NCBI GenBank assembly: GCA_963803145.1
Contig: CAWDLW010000017.1
Span: forward strand, 32,001 to 96,000
Direction of reading: 5' to 3'
Origin: Methanotrichaceae archaeon
GTDB taxonomy: Archaea > Halobacteriota > Methanosarcinia > Methanotrichales > Methanotrichaceae
Length of the DNA stretch: 64,000 nucleotides
Positions 40,333 to 51,350 of the stretch are shown piece by piece (position 1 is the first letter of the stretch; each line of letters begins with the position of its first letter). The notes beneath the pieces are model-generated. The model had not been told where the DNA came from, made no database searches, and was given only the letters and a program-made list of their open reading frames with translations. Both the position numbers and the translations under genes were made by a program.

Positions 40333-43300
40333 CTAATTTACTTCAACTCTGCTGTTCCCAAGATCGTCCTCAATAACGTTTATGGTGTTATCAAACTGCC
40401 CCTGGACATCGCTTATGTGGCTGATGGCAATTATCTGCGGGAATCTCTCTTGCAGGGAGCGAAGCATATTGATCATCTTCTCCCTGTGCTCCAAATCCTG
40501 GCTTCCGAATATCTCATCCAAGATCAGGAAGGAATAGCTTTCGCCATCTGGGGAGAAGCGCATCAGATACTCACTTATGGCCACACGCACAGAGACTGCT
40601 ATCATATCAATCTCTCCACCGGAGTAGCGTGAGATCGTGTAGTATTCTCCGCCATCCTCTACAAGGATATTAAAATCATCATCAATTTTTAGCAGGCTAT
40701 ATTTGCCGCTTACTTCCTCCAGGATCAGACCTGCAGTATAGGCTATATCATCTCTAATCCTGATTAAAATATGGTCCATGAATCTATTGACTACGCTTCT
40801 TGTAACATCGACCACTTGCAGCTTTCTGTTAGTTTCCGCCAGCTCTTTCTCATACTCCTTCTTCCGTTCGGCATCTCCCTCTAGCCTCTGCAAATCACTC
40901 TCTAGTACCCTGAGACGGACTTCGCTGCTCGATGTCTCCTTTCTAGCGGCCTCAAGACTTGCTTCTGCATCCTCTAAGGCCGTTCTTATAGCTCTGTGTA
41001 ATTCGTTGCTATAGCCCAGCAAGAAAATTTGCTTTTTTGCCTCGTTTAGCTCATATTCCAGCTCGCTTAGGTCTTCTGCAGCATCAGCCAGCCTCTCCCT
41101 GAGTTCCTTCTCGGAAGCGATCTTGAGCCTGATCTTCTGGGCCATCTCGTCGGCCTTTGCCAGGGTTCTGCTCTCTTGCGAGAGATTATCGTATTCAGCA
41201 GGATCGAAGCCCAGATCTTCAATTGACCCTTGGATGCTTTTGATCGTGCTCTCAAGCTTTTTGAGCTCTATTTTCATGCCACTGATCTTTTCTTCAATTC
41301 GAGGAATCTCTTGCACACTTCTTGTAAGGATTTCAAACTTGTTATGGGCTGGCGCGAGATCTACAAGACGCTTCTTTTGAGACGCGTAATCAGCCTCTAC
41401 ATATCCAAGTGCCTTGATAATTTGGCCGATCTCTTCGAGCTTCTTGAGAGCAGCTTTTTTCTCATTTCTGATACCCTCAAGCTCCGTCTCTCTCTTCGGC
41501 AGCTCCTCAAGCCTAAATGCGAGGCTTCTATGTTCCTCAACGAGGGGGATAATGTCTTCAATCGATTTTTGTAGCTCACCGAATTGCTTGGGATCAAAGC
41601 TTACATCGCCGAGTTTAGTAATTGCCTTTGTAATCTCTTTCAGCTCAGATCTTGCTTCGTAAATCTGTGATTCAAGGCTTCGCGTGCTGGCAAAAAGCTC
41701 TGCACGCCTGCTCCTTTTTGCATTCAGATCATCAAAAGCTATCTTAAGTTTGCTTCTGGCCGAGGATACGCCGTTAATTTTCTCGGTTTGTAATTGCATT
41801 CTCTTTTTCAGCTCAGTGGCACGCTCATTGGCACTATTGCAGGCAAGCTCGTACTTTTGGACAAGCTTGACATATTGCTCTCCAAGCGGCCTCTCGCAGG
41901 TCGGGCAGTTGCTGTCTTTTCCAAGGGATTTCATCCTTGCAAGGTTCTGCAAGGCGTCAATTCTCTGGGACTCCTCGATTGCCAGTTTGCCCTTCAGATC
42001 TGCAAGGCCATTGTTCAGGTCCATCCCCAGTCTATCGAGGTCAACGTCCTGTCTTTTAAGCTCAGCATCCCTTAGAGTAAGATCTCCCAAGAATGCAAGA
42101 TCCTTTTTTATAGAGGCAATTTGGTCCTCCAGCTTTTGAATGCGAGCCTCCAGGTTTGACCTCTGGGCATTCAGGGAATCGAGCTCCTTCTGCAGCTCCT
42201 TCTGGCGCGACGCGTGGATAAACTCCTTTTGCAGTTGCTCGCATTTCTCCTTTAAGGGCTGGATCTCAGAAAGGCGGTCTTTCGCCAGCAAGATCTTCCT
42301 GACAGCCTTCTCGGCGCGAGTGGCATTTGCCTGGATGGATTCAAGCCTTATCTTTTCTCCATTTAGGTGCGTTTGGAGCTCCATGTGCCTGTCCCTTAAT
42401 GCTTCAAGCCGTTGGTAGCTTGCTGTAGTTTCCTGATATTCCGTCTCCATAGGCCTGATTTTATCTAAGGCGGATCTGTCCTGTTTAAGGGCCTCAAGCT
42501 TCTTCTCCTGCTCTGCAAGGGACCTTCCGGCCAGATCCAGCTCAGCTCGGGCTTTGATCATCATCTGTTGCAGGCCGTCATGCTCCTTCCGCTTTGGCTC
42601 GATCTCCTCCAGTCTCACTTTCACGAAATCAAGCCTCTTCAAGTCCGGCTCGAGCTCTGAAAGAGTTCTCTTCGAGCTCTCAATTTCATCGATCCTAGCT
42701 CTATCGGCATTGATTGCCCTTTTCTTTTCTAATGCCTTCGATTCTATACCCAATATCTTCTGTGCCAATAGGTCATTGTACCGCTGTTTCTCTATTTGTT
42801 CATCAAGCTCGCGTTTTCTTTTCTCGGCCTCTGCAGCAAGTTTCGTTTCGATCTCTCTGAAGCTGGATAGCTCGGTCCTGGCAGAGGCGATGCTTTTCGA
42901 TATATTCTCTATCTTAGCATCGATGTCACCAAGCTCTGCAAGGGCGCCTCCAAGCCTGTTCGACTGATCTTCAAGCTTACGCAGGTCGGACTTTATCAGC
43001 TCCATTGATCTCTCTCTCACTTCATCCAGACCTAGAAGCTTCAGCAGGTATTCCCTCTTGCCAGTTCCCCCTTCCTTCAGAAGGTTGTCGAGATCCTTTT
43101 GTCGGGCATAAAATGTCCTCATGAAATCCTGGTAGCTGATCTTTAAAATCTCCTCCAATTTTAGATCAACATCTCTTGATCCCATGGCTACCCTATGTCC
43201 ATCTAGATCGATCGCAGCCTCAGCCGATAGGCTCTTTCCCTTCATTGCCCGAAGGATGGTGATCTCCTGTTTTCCGTGGTTAAGGCTGAGGGAGACCTCG

Positions 43301-43512
43301 ACTGATTCGGTATCCTTAGCACTGGAATTTTTTATGAGATCTCTCTTGATTGCAGATGCTTTGCTGCCGTAAAGAGCCCATGCTATGGCCTCGACGATGG
43401 TACTCTTTCCAGAGCCGTTCATGCCAACAATTCCCGTGAGACCGTCCTGAAAATTTATCTCAGCGCGCCGGTATTTTTTAAAATTGCGCAAAACTAGTCT
43501 ATTAAGGTGCAT
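40333..43512 (-). CDS. rad50: Rad50/SbcC DNA repair ATPase
   Basis: GMNGSGKST, long coiled coil with CPTC zinc hook, YSGGE, LILDEIFGSQD, ISH. Confidence 0.95.
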   Translation of the reverse strand: MHLNRLVLRNFKKYRRAEINFQDGLTGIVGMNGSGKSTIVEAIAWALYGSKASAIKRDLIKNSSAKDTESVEVSLSLNHGKQEITILRAMKGKSLSAEAAIDLDGHRVAMGSRDVDLKLEEILKISYQDFMRTFYARQKDLDNLLKEGGTGKREYLLKLLGLDEVRERSMELIKSDLRKLEDQSNRLGGALAELGDIDAKIENISKSIASARTELSSFREIETKLAAEAEKRKRELDEQIEKQRYNDLLAQKILGIESKALEKKRAINADRARIDEIESSKRTLSELEPDLKRLDFVKVRLEEIEPKRKEHDGLQQMMIKARAELDLAGRSLAEQEKKLEALKQDRSALDKIRPMETEYQETTASYQRLEALRDRHMELQTHLNGEKIRLESIQANATRAEKAVRKILLAKDRLSEIQPLKEKCEQLQKEFIHASRQKELQKELDSLNAQRSNLEARIQKLEDQIASIKKDLAFLGDLTLRDAELKRQDVDLDRLGMDLNNGLADLKGKLAIEESQRIDALQNLARMKSLGKDSNCPTCERPLGEQYVKLVQKYELACNSANERATELKKRMQLQTEKINGVSSARSKLKIAFDDLNAKRSRRAELFASTRSLESQIYEARSELKEITKAITKLGDVSFDPKQFGELQKSIEDIIPLVEEHRSLAFRLEELPKRETELEGIRNEKKAALKKLEEIGQIIKALGYVEADYASQKKRLVDLAPAHNKFEILTRSVQEIPRIEEKISGMKIELKKLESTIKSIQGSIEDLGFDPAEYDNLSQESRTLAKADEMAQKIRLKIASEKELRERLADAAEDLSELEYELNEAKKQIFLLGYSNELHRAIRTALEDAEASLEAARKETSSSEVRLRVLESDLQRLEGDAERKKEYEKELAETNRKLQVVDVTRSVVNRFMDHILIRIRDDIAYTAGLILEEVSGKYSLLKIDDDFNILVEDGGEYYTISRYSGGEIDMIAVSVRVAISEYLMRFSPDGESYSFLILDEIFGSQDLEHREKMINMLRSLQERFPQIIAISHISDVQGQFDNTINVIEDDLGNSRVEVN

Positions 43513-44644
43513 CCAGCGCCTCTGTGTTGTGTGCAGCCACGACCTTCTTTATTAGCCCCGTTCCATAGGCCGTGACATCATCCTTTATCGCTTTGGGTAT
43601 TGCATTTCGCACAGCCTCTTCCTCCAGAAACTTTATGAACTCCTTATGCAGATTGAGTGAATCCACAGGCTCACTATGGCACTCGTTTTCATCAGCATAC
43701 TCAACCTTTATCTTGAGGTAAATGGCAGGTGCGCTAAGCCTATTGAGCCTGATTTGGCTGATATTCCTGTAAGCGGCCTTGTTCACGTTTTTGAGGTTGA
43801 TGCGTGCTATCTTTCCCTCAATTGCTCCATCGCCGCAGATGCTCATCAGCTCCTCAGCGATCTCCTCGGAGGATAATCCCACGCAATCAACAGCCGGATA
43901 ATCGATCATATACTTCGGCCTTACGCACACTGGCTCGGCCTCGCCCTTTTCAAGATCGACCAGAAGCATGCCCTTGCTATCGGCAGCTTCACCGAAGTTG
44001 AAGTACTCTATTGAGCCGCTATACCAGGCATTCTCGGCGATCTTTGCTTGGGCATGGTAGTGGCCTAGAGCAATGTAATCAAAGTCTCTCTTGAGCAGGC
44101 TATCCTTAAGCTCGTGCTCTCCTACAGTTCTTAATTTCTTGTTGCTTAAGGATTCTATCATGCCGTGCATGACGAGTACATCCCGCCCTGATATTTCGAT
44201 CTTGCCGAACTCCTCCATGTACTCTTGAGGATCTAAACAAAAAGGGATACAATGAAAGAAGTGATCTCCGATCTCAAAGCGCTCATATTGATATTTGCGA
44301 GCGATATTGACGCCTCTCGACCCTTCATAAATAACGAATGGACTTGTCCCTGCGAAGCCTTTGGGAGCATCGTGATTGCCGCTGATGATTACGATCGGAA
44401 TGCCTGCATCTTTAAGCTTTTCCAAGCCCTGTTTGAAGATATAGAGGGGCCTGATTCTTGGCCTGACATAGTGGAAGACGTCTCCTGCATGAACCACTGC
44501 ATCTGGCTTCAGTTCTATTATCTTGTCCACTGCCTGCTCGAAGCCAGTATAGAACATCTCTTCCACCAGGTTTCTTCCGTTTCTATCAACCCTATTGTAG
44601 CTGGAGAAGCCTAAGTGGGAATCAGCCATGTGGATTATCTTCAA
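43502..44644 (-). CDS. mre11: Mre11/SbcD nuclease
   Basis: ADSHLG, AGDVF, SGNHD, HG, ALGHYH, YSGS. Confidence 0.95.
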   Translation of the reverse strand: MKIIHMADSHLGFSSYNRVDRNGRNLVEEMFYTGFEQAVDKIIELKPDAVVHAGDVFHYVRPRIRPLYIFKQGLEKLKDAGIPIVIISGNHDAPKGFAGTSPFVIYEGSRGVNIARKYQYERFEIGDHFFHCIPFCLDPQEYMEEFGKIEISGRDVLVMHGMIESLSNKKLRTVGEHELKDSLLKRDFDYIALGHYHAQAKIAENAWYSGSIEYFNFGEAADSKGMLLVDLEKGEAEPVCVRPKYMIDYPAVDCVGLSSEEIAEELMSICGDGAIEGKIARINLKNVNKAAYRNISQIRLNRLSAPAIYLKIKVEYADENECHSEPVDSLNLHKEFIKFLEEEAVRNAIPKAIKDDVTAYGTGLIKKVVAAHNTEALDAP

Positions 44645-44691
44645 GGGGCACCTCTACTCTAATATTGGTTTTCTATTCTGATACCGGCTTT

Positions 44692-46302
44692 TTATTCTAA
44701 TACCGGTTTGAATCTTCCTCTGCTTATAAGGCTCTCGTCGGACCTGTCCTCATTCTCCAATCTATGCATATAGTCCTCATACCTGTGGATTCTGGCGGGA
44801 ATAGGAAAAGGTATTTTCAGTGTGCTGATGACTGCTTCTCCAGGCTCAAGTGTCTGGATCTCAATATCCAGCGAGCTCAGATCCTGCTTGGCGGACTCTT
44901 CCAGTTGCGAACGATCATTCCTATCTCCGAGTCCCATGACCACAAGAGTGTTGAACTGCGAAAGAAGTTGCTTGTCTATAAGCTTGGGCTGCTGAGTTAT
45001 GGCGCATAAGCCCACTCCGAACTTCCTGCCTTCGCGGGCGATAGTCTCGAAGCGAGATGTATTGCTGCCCGATCCCAAAACCCTTTGTGCCTCCTCAATT
45101 GTGATGAGGCAGTTTTTCCTATCCGGCTTTCCATCCTCTTTGTATGCATCCAAAATGTAACGAGATAGGACTGAGAGCAAAAACAGCTCGGCACGATCGC
45201 TCATCCTTGGTATGTCCACCAGGACGACCTTGCCGTCCTGCAGATTGGCAAGGATATTTGGCAGGCTGGACCTCTTCTGGATATACTTATTTCTCTCAAG
45301 GACATTCTTTATCCTTCGAACAAGGACTTTAACGGTGGTGTCTCTGAAGCCTTCTTGCACCATTCTATCTAGTCCATCTGCCTTCTGGATATCATCCAGC
45401 CAGCTGTTCGAATCAAATACCCTGGAGATGGCATCCAAGGCATCCCTTTGGGGCGCTGACCACTCATAGAGCAATGCTACATCATCTGGCCGCACTTCTT
45501 CAGTGGAGATGGCTAGGCCCTCAACTCCCGGATCTGATGCATTCTCTTTATCTGTTGAGTAGCAGACGAGGCCATCAGCATATTTCTTGAGATGCGTAAG
45601 CCCCTTCACCAGGCCTTTGCCCTTCAGATATTCGCCATGAGGATCTACTATTAATAAACCGAATTTAGACTCGCCCATAGCTCCCAGCTTCATACATGAG
45701 GCAGCAAAGACCTTCATAAAATTTGATTTCCCCATGCCTGTAGTGGCGAATATTCCCATATGGTGGTCCATTGCTTCGCTATGAATAGCTACTGGAATCT
45801 CTTCCACCACTCGTGAGCCGTTTCTAAGATAGCCGATCTGAATGTCTCCCATGATCTGTTTCAAAAATTTAAACTCATCCTTTTCGGCTCTTGAGACTTT
45901 GGAGAACTTTGTTGGGATGGTACGCGATTTTCTAAATGCTCCGTTCTGAACGCAGCCCAGGGGCTCTGCGATGACGCGGTTGAAGATCTGATCCTGGTCG
46001 AAGAATTGTGTGCCCTTCACTGTTGTATCCCAATTGCCATCATAGTTTGAAGCATGCTGGATATCTAGGACGCGAGCAAGGAAGATCAGCCGTCTATTAT
46101 TCGCATCGTCATAATCCTTAATTGAAAAAATCTGCCCCACCTCGACTCGTTCTGTATCCGGCAAGTCAAAGGGTACGATGAAGTGGTATTCGGTAACGCT
46201 CTTAGAGATGATCCTGTACGCCGTATCTCCTCTCTCTATGATCTTCCTTTTAGGCAAATTGTCTATGCTTTCTGACAGATTTATTTCCCTCACCACAGCC
46301 AC
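44692..46302 (-). CDS. herA: HerA bipolar helicase/translocase
   Basis: HAS-barrel N-terminus, HMGIFATTGMGKS, DPHGEY, IEEAQ, AREGRKFG, TQQP. Confidence 0.92.
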   Translation of the reverse strand: MAVVREINLSESIDNLPKRKIIERGDTAYRIISKSVTEYHFIVPFDLPDTERVEVGQIFSIKDYDDANNRRLIFLARVLDIQHASNYDGNWDTTVKGTQFFDQDQIFNRVIAEPLGCVQNGAFRKSRTIPTKFSKVSRAEKDEFKFLKQIMGDIQIGYLRNGSRVVEEIPVAIHSEAMDHHMGIFATTGMGKSNFMKVFAASCMKLGAMGESKFGLLIVDPHGEYLKGKGLVKGLTHLKKYADGLVCYSTDKENASDPGVEGLAISTEEVRPDDVALLYEWSAPQRDALDAISRVFDSNSWLDDIQKADGLDRMVQEGFRDTTVKVLVRRIKNVLERNKYIQKRSSLPNILANLQDGKVVLVDIPRMSDRAELFLLSVLSRYILDAYKEDGKPDRKNCLITIEEAQRVLGSGSNTSRFETIAREGRKFGVGLCAITQQPKLIDKQLLSQFNTLVVMGLGDRNDRSQLEESAKQDLSSLDIEIQTLEPGEAVISTLKIPFPIPARIHRYEDYMHRLENEDRSDESLISRGRFKPVLE

Positions 46303-46365
46303 CCTTTCATGATTTTCATGACAGCTATCTAGATTTTCAGCTATATTTCAGCTACATTTTCGAAC

Positions 46366-47373
46366 TCACATTTCCATGACCTCATGATAGTCCTGCATCA
46401 GTATTCTGATCTGTGAATCACTTAGGCCCATCCCGCTGAGCATATCCATCAGTTCTAGCTTCAAGAGCGATCCTTCCTGATGTTTTATCCTTATATCCCT
46501 ATGAGCTCTGAAGAGAGAATGTGGGTATCCAAGGCACTCTGCTGAACAGGAGTGTGCGATCAGAGCTCCTAATGTTGAGCCTATATGGTCCGTTAGATAT
46601 GCAGGCGCATCCACCCTAAAGGCGCGTCCAGAACAGCCATCGAACCTTACAATGAAAGTCGTTCCATCCCATTTTGGCAAAGGCTTCACGTTTTTATCTT
46701 TCAGGGAGATGTACCAGGGCAAGCCGGATAAGAAAATGCTACCTGCGTGGCTGGTGTGCTGAACAAATGGCCGTGAGACCCCTTCGCCCCATGATATGGC
46801 GCTGGACTTGCTTACCCCCAGGAGATCGATGCCTTTCTCATTTGCTTCTCTGATGATCCCTTCCAGGATGCTTCTTAGTGGCTCGTAAATATCAAAGCCG
46901 CCATCGTAGAGTATCAGATCTCCAGCGTGGGCGGAAGAGATTGCATCTTTCAGGGCAATGTACTCTTGAAGCTCTCGGAAATAAGTGGTAAGTCTATCCA
47001 GATCCGTTTCCTTCAGAGTGATATCCTTTAGTCCGAAATAACTTTTCAGCTCTCGCTCAAACTGGCTCGCATAATTCTCTCTATCGGCCAGGAAAATATC
47101 GTCGTAGGTAATTACAGTCCTCAGCCATTCTCTGCCTCTGTAAACAGCATAACCTGCGCAGATCTTATTCAGGCTTGCAACAGACCAGTCGCAGACGCGT
47201 ATATTCGATCCGTCTACTGCGAAGATCTGGCCCTCAAAATCGTGCGGCTTTATCTCTATAAAATCATCCTTACGGATGCCGGTCGCTGTACAATACCGAT
47301 CTAAATCACTGATGGAGATATGATCCCTGATTAATTCTGCAATGTCTGCCAGCCTGCCCTTTTCCTCCGACAT
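46366..47373 (-). CDS. nurA: NurA 5'-3' nuclease
   Basis: FAVDGS, ILYDG, GVSKSS, GYP..L..AH; start MSEEKG at 47373; operon context. Confidence 0.9.
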   Translation of the reverse strand: MSEEKGRLADIAELIRDHISISDLDRYCTATGIRKDDFIEIKPHDFEGQIFAVDGSNIRVCDWSVASLNKICAGYAVYRGREWLRTVITYDDIFLADRENYASQFERELKSYFGLKDITLKETDLDRLTTYFRELQEYIALKDAISSAHAGDLILYDGGFDIYEPLRSILEGIIREANEKGIDLLGVSKSSAISWGEGVSRPFVQHTSHAGSIFLSGLPWYISLKDKNVKPLPKWDGTTFIVRFDGCSGRAFRVDAPAYLTDHIGSTLGALIAHSCSAECLGYPHSLFRAHRDIRIKHQEGSLLKLELMDMLSGMGLSDSQIRILMQDYHEVMEM

Positions 47374-48405
47374 CTGTGTAAGGGAGATACGGCAAAGTAT
47401 ATACTGATTCTGGCAGTTATGTACTGTACTCTCCAAGTTTCTCACCAATTTATAATCTCCATTCTATATCAAGTCATATCTTATATCCCTGTTCTCTGAT
47501 TAGATAGAGTAAACCACTATCAGGAACTGGCAAATTAAAGTATTGTAATACATATATAAAGGCATCAATGAATGCTTGAGCCTTTATACTATCTATCATA
47601 TCTCCAATCGTTCTATTTTGTTGATTTCTTTCCACTGGTGGGTTTTTGAGTTCATATAAAACGATAGCTGTCCAGACTGAGAAAACCATCTGAATAAATC
47701 TTTCAATTGATCGTTTTCCTCTTAATTGATAATCCTTGAATCCCAATTTTTGATTTGACTCTCTATGAGCAGTCTCAATATCCCACCTATCCTCATAAAT
47801 AGAAAGGATTTCTACCAAAGATAGTGAACAATTGGTGCTAATAAAGTAGTTGGCGTCACCATTTTTCTTTTTCTTTGAGATGACTAGCTTTACTTTGCCA
47901 ATCTTATCTAAGATGACTTCTTTTTCGATTGCATAATATACCTTCTTCTTGCCGCGAACTTGGACTGTAGTTCTTCTATAATAAATTTCGTCAATCTGAT
48001 TTGCCAAGTCCCTGACCTGAAAGGACATATCCTTATTTATCCATACCTTTTTATCAGACTTAATTTCACAAACGACTTGATGACCTAAGTTCAGGCATTT
48101 AGTTATAAAATCAGCAGAAAACCACCAGCTGTCGAAAACAACATAAAGACTCAAGCCTTTTGGTATTTTTAAGGGCTCGATGATATCTTTATAAGCGATT
48201 TCTATTTTAGTCATGAAATCTTCACTGCTGTCTATCTCTTTAGTATACATTTTTGCTTTATGTGGTATAAATATATCTCTAGATTGGAGGACTGAGGTAA
48301 CAAAGTTGTTACCCATGATATAGTCATCTTTGCAATGATCGTAAAACTTGCCCACGCCATCAGTACATTTCCCTTCCTTTTCATTATATGTATCGTCTAT
48401 AATTA

Positions 48406-49491
48406 TAGGACTTACGCATTTGCCGGAACTTTCTTATAATATGGAGTTTATATTAAATGAGAAATGAGCTGGAGAAAGAGGCATTGAATCCGGCTAAATG
48501 CGATGATCTAGATTACATTCACTTTCTAATTGCATCGATGGATGTTTTTTCCTGCACCGAAGCAGCTAGATGTCAGTTACCACGGGAAAATAATCCATCA
48601 CATGATGCATTTACCCGTCTATTACAAAGACAGCCTCCTGATACGGAAGCGTTATGGGATGAGGTTAAGAAATTCATCGGCACCCAAGACTGTTTCTTAA
48701 TTCTTGACGATACAACATTGGACAAACCCTATGCCAAAAAGATGGATTTAGTCTATCCCCTTTGGAGCGGAAAGCATCATAAAGTAGTAGAAGGAATCAA
48801 TATTACTACATTGCTTTGGACGGATGGGACTCCAATAATTCCAGTTGATTTTCGAGTCTATGATAAAGATACTGATGGCAAATCAAAGAACAATCATTTT
48901 CGCGATATGTTGAGTAAAGCAAACGAACGTGGATTCAAGCCTGATTTTGTTCTTTTTGATAGCTGGTACTCTGGAATAGATAATCTCAAAGCATTAAGGA
49001 AATTCGGTTGGCATTGGTTTACTAGGTTGAAGAAAAATAGATTAGTAAATCCTGATGATACTAAGAATATACCAATTGAGGAAATAGAGATCCCACCACA
49101 AGGCAGAATTGTGCATTTGAAGGCTTACGGTTTTATAAAAGTATTCAAGATTGTCTCCGATGATGGTGACATCGAATACTGGGCGACTGATTCATTGAAA
49201 ATGAAAGAAACGAGGCGAAAAGTATTAAGTAAGCATTCTTGGAAAATCGAAGAATATCACAGAGGGATTAAACAATTCTGCGGAGTTGAGCGCTGTCAAG
49301 CAAGAAAAAGTCAGTCTCAGAGAGCACATATCTCTTTCTCTATTAGAGCATTTCTCAGATTGGAGCTAAATCGACTTATCAAGGGCATAAGTTGGTTTGA
49401 AAGTAAGCGTAGAATTATTAGAAACGCTATTAGCACATACAGAGAATATCCCGATTTCTTATGGTTTATGGGCTCAACTGCGTAAGTCCTA
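48406..49491 (+). mobile_element. IS701-family insertion sequence (inner, apparently intact)
   Basis: TIRs TAGGACTTACGCA / TGCGTAAGTCCTA; TAATTA duplication. Confidence 0.9.
48457..49485 (+). CDS. IS701-family transposase
   Basis: SHDAFTRLL, LILDDTTLDKPY, LFDSWY, WKIEEYHRGIKQ. Confidence 0.92.
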   Translation: MRNELEKEALNPAKCDDLDYIHFLIASMDVFSCTEAARCQLPRENNPSHDAFTRLLQRQPPDTEALWDEVKKFIGTQDCFLILDDTTLDKPYAKKMDLVYPLWSGKHHKVVEGINITTLLWTDGTPIIPVDFRVYDKDTDGKSKNNHFRDMLSKANERGFKPDFVLFDSWYSGIDNLKALRKFGWHWFTRLKKNRLVNPDDTKNIPIEEIEIPPQGRIVHLKAYGFIKVFKIVSDDGDIEYWATDSLKMKETRRKVLSKHSWKIEEYHRGIKQFCGVERCQARKSQSQRAHISFSIRAFLRLELNRLIKGISWFESKRRIIRNAISTYREYPDFLWFMGSTA

Positions 49492-50050
49492 TAATTAATA
49501 ATATTTTGTCGCTTGCACTTAACTGAAGAGCTTCTATAAATAGATCCGCACTGCGCTGAGCTACTTCGTTCTCATCCCAGATTGCATCACTAAAGAACCA
49601 ATTATAGGAAGAGCGTGATTTCGTACCTTCTCGATCCTTTGCCATAGCATCACTAAGGTGTGCGATGGTCTTAGATTTATCACATACGCTCAATGCTGAA
49701 ATCATATCACAGAAAGAATTATAGCTCGGTATGGTGAATAAATCTTTAAATTCTTTTAGAAATGGCTCTAACTGTAATGGAATCTTAACTAATTTGATCA
49801 TGACATAGTAAAATACTTTTATAAATAAATCTATTTTGTATCAAGAATTAATTTTAATGGTAAAAGAAAATATAGCTATAAATATAAAGCTATGAAAAAG
49901 TTGGAGAGTACAGTTATGTATTAGTGCGCTATATTTAAGAAAATATATTGGATTGGACCTGACGCATCAATGCAATGTTGCAGAAATGGACAAGCCCCAA
50001 AGATTTCTAAAATTGAATATTGGCGGCACAAGGCAGCCTTACCAGCCATT

Positions 50051-50503
50051 CTACCAATAGTAAGGATAAGTGCCGCCGTAAATTGGAGATCCCTGATAGG
50101 GATAAGTATAGACCGGTTTTCCAGTGTTGGGATCTACGTAAAAATAGAGTATCCATCCTGTATAGGGATTTCTATAAGCATAGATTGGATACCCCGTATA
50201 GGGATCTACGTAAGCCAGTCCCATCCAGCCGCTGTTATAGTTGAGCGACTTCCAAACATAGTATGGATCAGGAACTAGCTTTCCATTCACTACTATGCTC
50301 CCCTTGGGCGCGTGTCCCCACGACCAGAGGCGGCTCTCAGGATTCTGCCCTGACGGCTGAGGATTCTGAGCATGGAAGTTGCTTAGCCAGCTCCTGCCGA
50401 AATCACCGCCTACGTACTGAGAAGAAAATGGAAACTGGGCATAACAGTCCGCCATTAAAAGGCATACTACCAGTAACACAACTGATGCGAGTGCAATTCT
50501 CAT
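50051..50503 (-). CDS. Secreted Tyr/Pro/Gly-rich hypothetical protein
   Basis: GGAGG SD before MRIALAS signal peptide; repeated Y.(D/N)P.TG motifs. Confidence 0.7.
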   Translation of the reverse strand: MRIALASVVLLVVCLLMADCYAQFPFSSQYVGGDFGRSWLSNFHAQNPQPSGQNPESRLWSWGHAPKGSIVVNGKLVPDPYYVWKSLNYNSGWMGLAYVDPYTGYPIYAYRNPYTGWILYFYVDPNTGKPVYTYPYQGSPIYGGTYPYYW

Positions 50504-50822
50504 ATTCCAACCCCTCCAAAAAATGATTGGATATGAAGCGATAAAATGTTTTTGTATCGGCAGGAGCATCCCCGATATTACATAAGAGCTATTCTCATAA
50601 TCCATTTCCAAAGTTTAAGGCTAAATATGGTGTTGGAGGGCTCACCGTGGATTTAGCCTGGCCTGAGTGTAAAGAATGATCTCTCCAAATTATACGTTTG
50701 AGTACAGATGATCCATCATGTTCTTAAATTGCCCAAGCTTCTCTCGCAGTTCTCGCCCCTTAGATGTTGTTTTGTATATGAACCTGGAGCCGTCAGGTAT
50801 GGCTTCAATTATAGTTAATCTC

Positions 50823-51350
50823 CTAGCTTTTTGCACTAAGAAATCGCTCCACCCAGGACTTTGAATATCCATCCTTTTTGGAATAAAATATTTCTAAAGC
50901 GCAATCTTGGCTAGCTATAATAGCTTCATCGAAATCAGTGTATTTGGCGATCTCTCTTTTGAAATCCTTCCAACCGAATTCTATAGGATTCAAATCTGGT
51001 GAATAGGGGATATTATAAATTAAGTGAATATCGATTTCCTCAGCTAGTTTTCTAAATTTCTTGGCCAAATGAATTCTAGCATTATCTAAAAGTATACAAA
51101 TTGGCCTCATAATATTATTATTTCTTATATTTTGAGCAAATGCCATCAACGCTTCCTTCTTAGAGGAGTTGGAAACCATAACCTCATCATTGCCATTTAA
51201 TGCTATAAATCCAAAAATAGTTCTTGATCTAACCTTTCCAGGTTTATAATTTATTAAATGAGTGTTTAAGACTCTACGTGTATTAGGGCGCTGTTGTAAA
51301 GAGCTTTCATCAAGAAATCCTATAACAGGATCAGTAACTGTGGTCAGCAC
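50823..51350 (-). CDS. IS630 transposase OrfB (DDE), reached by +1 frameshift
   Basis: FLDES, LLDNARIH, PYSPDLNPIE. Confidence 0.88.
   Translation of the reverse strand: MLTTVTDPVIGFLDESSLQQRPNTRRVLNTHLINYKPGKVRSRTIFGFIALNGNDEVMVSNSSKKEALMAFAQNIRNNNIMRPICILLDNARIHLAKKFRKLAEEIDIHLIYNIPYSPDLNPIEFGWKDFKREIAKYTDFDEAIIASQDCALEIFYSKKDGYSKSWVERFLSAKS

Larger units (their letters stand above)
47474..49801 (-). pseudogene. Outer DDE transposase split by the nested IS
   Basis: Removing 48406-49491 plus one TAATTA restores ...KILLIIDDTYNEKEGK...FDSWW...RWDIE in frame. Confidence 0.88.
47424..49913 (-). mobile_element. IS701-like insertion sequence (outer), transposase disrupted
   Basis: TIRs CTGTACTCTCCAA (47424) / TTGGAGAGTACAG (49913); flanking direct repeat TTATGTA on both sides. 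Confidence 0.88.

Noticed and set aside
40333-47373. HerA/SMC-based defence system
   Set aside because: Order and motifs match the standard archaeal nurA-herA-mre11-rad50 repair operon.
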